This document shows, in pieces, positions 63,253-64,000 of a DNA stretch of 64,000 bases. The position numbers were made by a program, and so were the translations under genes. The stretch is from the NCBI GenBank assembly GCA_009692425.1, contig SHZF01000009.1, positions 48,214 through 112,213 on the forward strand, written 5' to 3'. The notes beneath the pieces were generated by a model. That model did not search any database. It was not told the DNA's origin and worked only from the letters and a program-made list of their open reading frames with translations. Source of the DNA: Myxococcales bacterium. Its GTDB lineage: Bacteria > Myxococcota_A > UBA9042. Numbering within the stretch: position 1 is the first letter of the stretch; each line of letters begins with the position of its first letter.

Positions 63253-64000
63253 ATGCCCTTGCGCGTCCAGTGCGACAACTGCGCCTCGACGTACACGTTG
63301 CCCGACTCGCGGCTGACGCCCGGTCGCCGTGTGCAGTTCCAGTGCCGCCACTGCCAACACCGCATCCTCGTGTCGGTGCCTGAGGGCGGGATCGTCGCGG
63401 TCGGCGAAGGCTCGTTGGTGCCTCAGGGCGGCTCCGCGTTGACGCTCGGGCAGCCAATGACCGCCATCGGGTCGATCGTCCGAGGTCGGGGGGCTGGCGC
63501 GCCTCTGTCTGCCGCGGCGGCAGCACCCCACGCTCCGATCTCTCAGGCAGCGGCGGCTCGCGTTTCGCAGCCGATCGCCCCGGATCGGGCCGCCCAGCCG
63601 CTTGCGGCGGCTCGGACCTCGCAACCCATCGCAGCGCGGCCGGCCGTTGCGCCAACCCCTCCGAACATCATGTGGTTCGTGGCGTCGCCGAGTGGTCAAC
63701 AGCAACGGCTTGGCACGGACGGCCTGCGTGCAGCGATCGCTGCGGGCGACGTCCGAGCCGACACGTTGCTGTGGCGCAAAGGGTTCGCCGAATGGCAGCG
63801 CGCCGGTGACACGGCCGACTGGGGCCCGGCGATCCGCGAGGCCGACAGTATGGCCGGGCGCACCGCCTCCTCTGCCACTCGGGCGAAACCGGTCGCGGCA
63901 GGCTTGGGTCACAACGCGGCAGGCTTGGGTCACAACGCGGCAGGCTTGGGTCACAACGCGGCCGGAATGGGCCAGAACGCGCACGGGATGGGCCAAAACG
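63253..64000 (+). CDS. MJ0042-type zinc-ribbon plus GYF_2-like domain protein (3' end outside window)
   Basis: Not in the ORF track because no stop lies within the window. ATG 63253 follows GAGG. MPLRVQCDNCASTYTLPDSRL...FQCRHCQHRILV. WFVASPSGQQQRLGTDGLRAAIAAGDVRADTLLWRKGFAEWQRA. Then the (AGLGHNA) repeats. Confidence 0.75.
   Translation, partial: MPLRVQCDNCASTYTLPDSRLTPGRRVQFQCRHCQHRILVSVPEGGIVAVGEGSLVPQGGSALTLGQPMTAIGSIVRGRGAGAPLSAAAAAPHAPISQAAAARVSQPIAPDRAAQPLAAARTSQPIAARPAVAPTPPNIMWFVASPSGQQQRLGTDGLRAAIAAGDVRADTLLWRKGFAEWQRAGDTADWGPAIREADSMAGRTASSATRAKPVAAGLGHNAAGLGHNAAGLGHNAAGMGQNAHGMGQN
63898..64000. repeat. 5 or more x 21-bp in-frame tandem repeat (AGLGHNA), running off the window
   Basis: gcaggcttgggtcacaacgcg x3 perfect, then two diverged units. 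Confidence 0.9.

Overview
This is a gene-dense bacterial chromosomal segment with high G+C, roughly 70% by eye (not computed). No searches were run; all family calls rest on motifs read directly in the supplied translations. The gene content points to Myxococcota, which is an inference: a eukaryote-like Ser/Thr kinase, an FHA protein, class III cyclases, a CarF/TMEM189 desaturase homologue, very large cysteine-rich repeat lipoproteins and an FG-GAP/ASPIC protein. I call 52 protein-coding genes (one runs off the right edge and is missing from the ORF track), one disrupted cyclase pseudogene, one tRNA-Leu(GAG) and several in-frame coding minisatellites. No transposase, integrase or CRISPR array was seen. 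Housekeeping blocks are liuB-liuC-liuD(split)-liuE (17.1-22.6 kb), cysE-cysK, folC and pabC-pabB (48.5-55.3 kb), and purH-purD (60.3-63.2 kb). Accessory-looking blocks are a surface/matrix neighbourhood at 2.4-13.2 kb (three polytopic GT-C-like proteins interleaved with FG-GAP/ASPIC, CGDGKC-repeat and P-domain plus intelectin-like proteins), a 1217-aa cysteine-repeat lipoprotein (26.9-30.6 kb), and a cyclic-nucleotide/FHA signalling cluster (42.7-48.3 kb). The best candidates for undescribed biology are: (1) a CarF-type ether-lipid desaturase gene translationally coupled to a radical SAM/SPASM-like gene (30.6-32.8 kb); (2) a four-gene overlap-coupled operon combining a repeat-headed protein, a DnaC/DnaI-like AAA+ ATPase with DnaJ-type zinc motifs, a zinc-ribbon plus GspF/PilC-like membrane protein and a small anchored protein (55.4-59.3 kb); (3) an adjacent low-GC islet with a divergent orphan ORF and a sigma-region-4 HTH protein (59.3-60.2 kb). 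Many long ORFs in the track are antisense or alternate-frame artefacts of the high G+C and are rejected below.
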